From: Candidatus Omnitrophota bacterium
GTDB taxonomy: Bacteria > Omnitrophota > Gorgyraeia > Tantalellales > Tantalellaceae
Assembly: GCA_034723315.1 (NCBI GenBank)
Contig: JAYEOV010000017.1
Span: forward strand, 6,612-70,611
Direction of reading: 5' to 3'
DNA length: 64,000 nt
Both the position numbers and the translations under genes were made by a program. Below the pieces are notes generated by a model that saw only the letters and a program-made list of their open reading frames with translations, was not told the DNA's origin and ran no database searches. Positions 62,012 through 64,000 of this stretch are shown here, in pieces (position 1 is the stretch's first letter; every line of letters begins with the position of its first letter).

Positions 62012-62479
62012 ATGAGTTTTGTTACCGGGGAAGGAATAGCGGCTTTTACCGAAAACTTTATATCGAAAAAACACCAGGTTAAGCCATATAGCCTGGAGCT
62101 GACTGTAGCGAAGGTTTTTCTGGTAAGAAAAGGAGGGGATATAGATTTTGGGGGCAGTGAGCAGAAAGAAGCGATCCTTCATGAACTTGCGCCGGTCAGG
62201 AGAAGCTCCGAAGCTAAGTACGGATGGTGGAACATGGCGGCAGGTGAATATGTCGTAAAGTTCAATGAAAAAGCCAGGATACCAGATAATTGTATCGGCA
62301 TTGTCCAGCCGCTTTTGAGGACGTTAAAAGCGGGGGTCATTCACCCCACGCTGTTTTTAACGGGTGGGGAAGAAACGGATATGACGGTTCTGAGCGTCGG
62401 CAGAGGGGGATTTAATATAAAGGAGAACGCGAGGATATCGTCGCTTATGGGTATGATAAATAGGAGGGACCATGGATAA
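62012..62479 (+). CDS. dCTP deaminase / dUTPase-fold protein (divergent)
   Basis: QV...S.ELT, DFGGSE, YGWW....GEYVVKFNE, ENARIS. Confidence 0.6.
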   Translation: MSFVTGEGIAAFTENFISKKHQVKPYSLELTVAKVFLVRKGGDIDFGGSEQKEAILHELAPVRRSSEAKYGWWNMAAGEYVVKFNEKARIPDNCIGIVQPLLRTLKAGVIHPTLFLTGGEETDMTVLSVGRGGFNIKENARISSLMGMINRRDHG

Positions 62480-62744
62480 AATAATTATTGAGAAACCGGA
62501 TGACAGCAGGCTGGAAGAGCTCGGGGTCAGTTCATGGCCGGTATGGAGAAAAGAGGTCTCGCGTTTTCCATGGAGCTACGACGAACAGGAAACATGTTAT
62601 ATCCTGGAAGGAAGCGCGAAAGTGGAACCGGACCGTGGTGAATCAGTGGAGTTTGGCGCCGGGGATATGGTGATATTCCCGAAAGGGATGAACTGCACCT
62701 GGGAAATAACAGCTCCCATACGGAAACACTATAAAATGGGTTAA
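62472..62744 (+). CDS. Cupin (DUF861-like) protein
   Basis: WPVW, FPWSYDEQETCYILEG, GDMVIFPKG..CTW. Confidence 0.88.
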   Translation: MDKIIIEKPDDSRLEELGVSSWPVWRKEVSRFPWSYDEQETCYILEGSAKVEPDRGESVEFGAGDMVIFPKGMNCTWEITAPIRKHYKMG

Positions 62745-62774
62745 ACCCACAGGGCAGAAGACAGAGAGGGTCGT

Positions 62775-63263
62775 ATGAAGACGGAATATTTAAGAAACAC
62801 AGTTTTACTGTTCCTGTTGGCGACATTTATTTTTACCGGCAATGATTCACGTGCGGGTCTTTCGGTAGATAATGAAAGCATGGGCATGGGGATGCCTTTT
62901 GGCGGCGTTTCCGGAGAAGCCGATATTGATCTTTGCCCTCAGGGAGCGCATGTGATATCTTTTTTCCTGTCAGCCTGGCAGAAAGGCGACTACAAGACGA
63001 TGTACGATCTTATTGACAGTAAAAGCAGGGAGGGCTACCCCTTTGACCAGGCCAGGTTCGATTTTCAATTTCTTGAATTCAAGGAATATAAGATCAGTTC
63101 TGTAAGAAAGAGCGGAGAGAATTTCGAATTCATGTTAAGTTATGGAGATTGGAAAAGTGGGAATAAGGAGCTTATAAAATTCCTGATCGACGGCAAGACT
63201 TACAGGATCATCATGCTCACAAAAAATTGCCCGTTCAAGGTTTCCGCGGACAGTTATTTTTAG
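62775..63263 (+). CDS. Hypothetical exported protein
   Basis: Signal-peptide-like N-terminus; FLSAWQKGDYKTMY reminiscent of NTF2-like N-terminal domains. Confidence 0.65.
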   Translation: MKTEYLRNTVLLFLLATFIFTGNDSRAGLSVDNESMGMGMPFGGVSGEADIDLCPQGAHVISFFLSAWQKGDYKTMYDLIDSKSREGYPFDQARFDFQFLEFKEYKISSVRKSGENFEFMLSYGDWKSGNKELIKFLIDGKTYRIIMLTKNCPFKVSADSYF

Positions 63264-63271
63264 GATCGGTT

Positions 63272-63453
63272 TAGAACCCATTTCATAACTCTGTTCTACT
63301 GCGGCTGGCTGCAAAACCCATTGACCGCGTTTTCGGGGCAAAATGTCCTCAACGTAGCGCATCGGCTACGTTTCCGGGCATTTTGCCCCTCAGGCCTTGT
63401 CAATGGCCTTTTCGCTCAGCCTCGTAACGAACGGTGTTATGAAATGGGTTCTA
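63272..63453 (+). mobile_element. MITE (long copy)
   Basis: Perfect 20-bp inverted repeat TTTAGAACCCATTTCATAAC at 63270-63289 / 63436-63455; nested internal stems. Confidence 0.85.
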
Positions 63454-63564
63454 AAGATTCACCTTTAATTATTCAACTTAACGGTATAGTATATGTACCT
63501 GGCAGGTTATAAGCGAAACCGGATTACTAGTAGTGCTTGAAATTGTAATATTTGGGAGGGATAT

Positions 63565-64000
63565 ATGGCGGAAATAAAGAGCATAGGAATTATTACCAGC
63601 GGAGGGGATTGCGGTGGTTTGAACGCGGTAGTAAAAGGCGCCGGGGAGATGGCTAACAGCCTGGGGATCAGATGTTTTGTTTTACCAAACGGATACGCCG
63701 GGCTGTATAACCTGGTCGATTTTGATGAACTTATCGAGTTGACGGTCGAACGGCTGGACCGTATCAACGCCAGTCCCGCCGGCTCGGAGGCCGGTCATTC
63801 CCGGGTAAAGATCAAAAAGATAGAAGACGATAAGAAATACGAGCGCATAAAAAAAGGTCTTAAGAAGTTCAAAATAGACGGTCTCGTCATCAGCGGCGGT
63901 GATGATACGGGAAGCGTTATGGTTGACCTTCACAGTAACGGTATTGCCTGTGTGCACGCGCCAAAGACCATGGATCTTGACCTGCAGACCTATTCTGTCG
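63565..64000 (+). CDS. pfkA: 6-phosphofructokinase (3'-truncated by the window edge), probably PPi-dependent
   Basis: Not in the ORF track; translates MAEIKSIGIITSGGDCGGLN...GGDDT...PKTMDLD. Confidence 0.9.
   Translation, partial: MAEIKSIGIITSGGDCGGLNAVVKGAGEMANSLGIRCFVLPNGYAGLYNLVDFDELIELTVERLDRINASPAGSEAGHSRVKIKKIEDDKKYERIKKGLKKFKIDGLVISGGDDTGSVMVDLHSNGIACVHAPKTMDLDLQTYSV

Noticed and set aside
63135-63512. Short ORFs at 63135-63362, 63321-63512 and 60297-60506
   Set aside because: They are translations of MITE sequence.
1041-63957. Numerous minus-strand ORFs antisense to housekeeping genes
   Set aside because: No recognisable motifs; expected shadows of GC-rich coding sequence. Only 39937-40503 is accepted.

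Overview
Bacterial chromosomal window, mostly + strand housekeeping genes: murJ, uvrC, prfB with its +1 frameshift, secA, lnt, the rbfA-truB-ribF-rpsO-pnp block, ftsK-rodZ-rimO-pgsA-pgpA, cobalamin riboswitch-metE, uvrA, TPR-exbBD-tonB-like, tRNA-Ala(CGC), rsmE-mtaB, dnaG-rpoD and a partial pfk. Gene style suggests an anaerobic Gram-negative lineage, possibly Omnitrophota/PVC-like; this is an inference only. Two things stand out. (1) An AT-rich cassette encodes a small HTH protein, a divergent aldehyde dehydrogenase, a GMC oxidoreductase and the membrane sensor half of a histidine kinase. The kinase half, two response regulators and a GAF/HD-GYP protein have host-like composition. This layout resembles the variable 'signal enzyme + sensor' specificity cassettes of quorum-sensing loci. 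(2) Several families of palindromic elements sit in the intergenic spaces, three of them with a candidate enzyme in the window. One HUH/Y1 (RAYT-like) gene lies between perfect 29-bp inverted repeats and has a non-autonomous copy elsewhere; these repeats supply the stop codons of neighbouring genes, so MetE and MtaB both end in KGSSLKI. A second RAYT has classical GTAG REPs. A DUF559 nuclease lies between perfect 34-bp inverted repeats. All calls come from reading the sequence; no searches were run.
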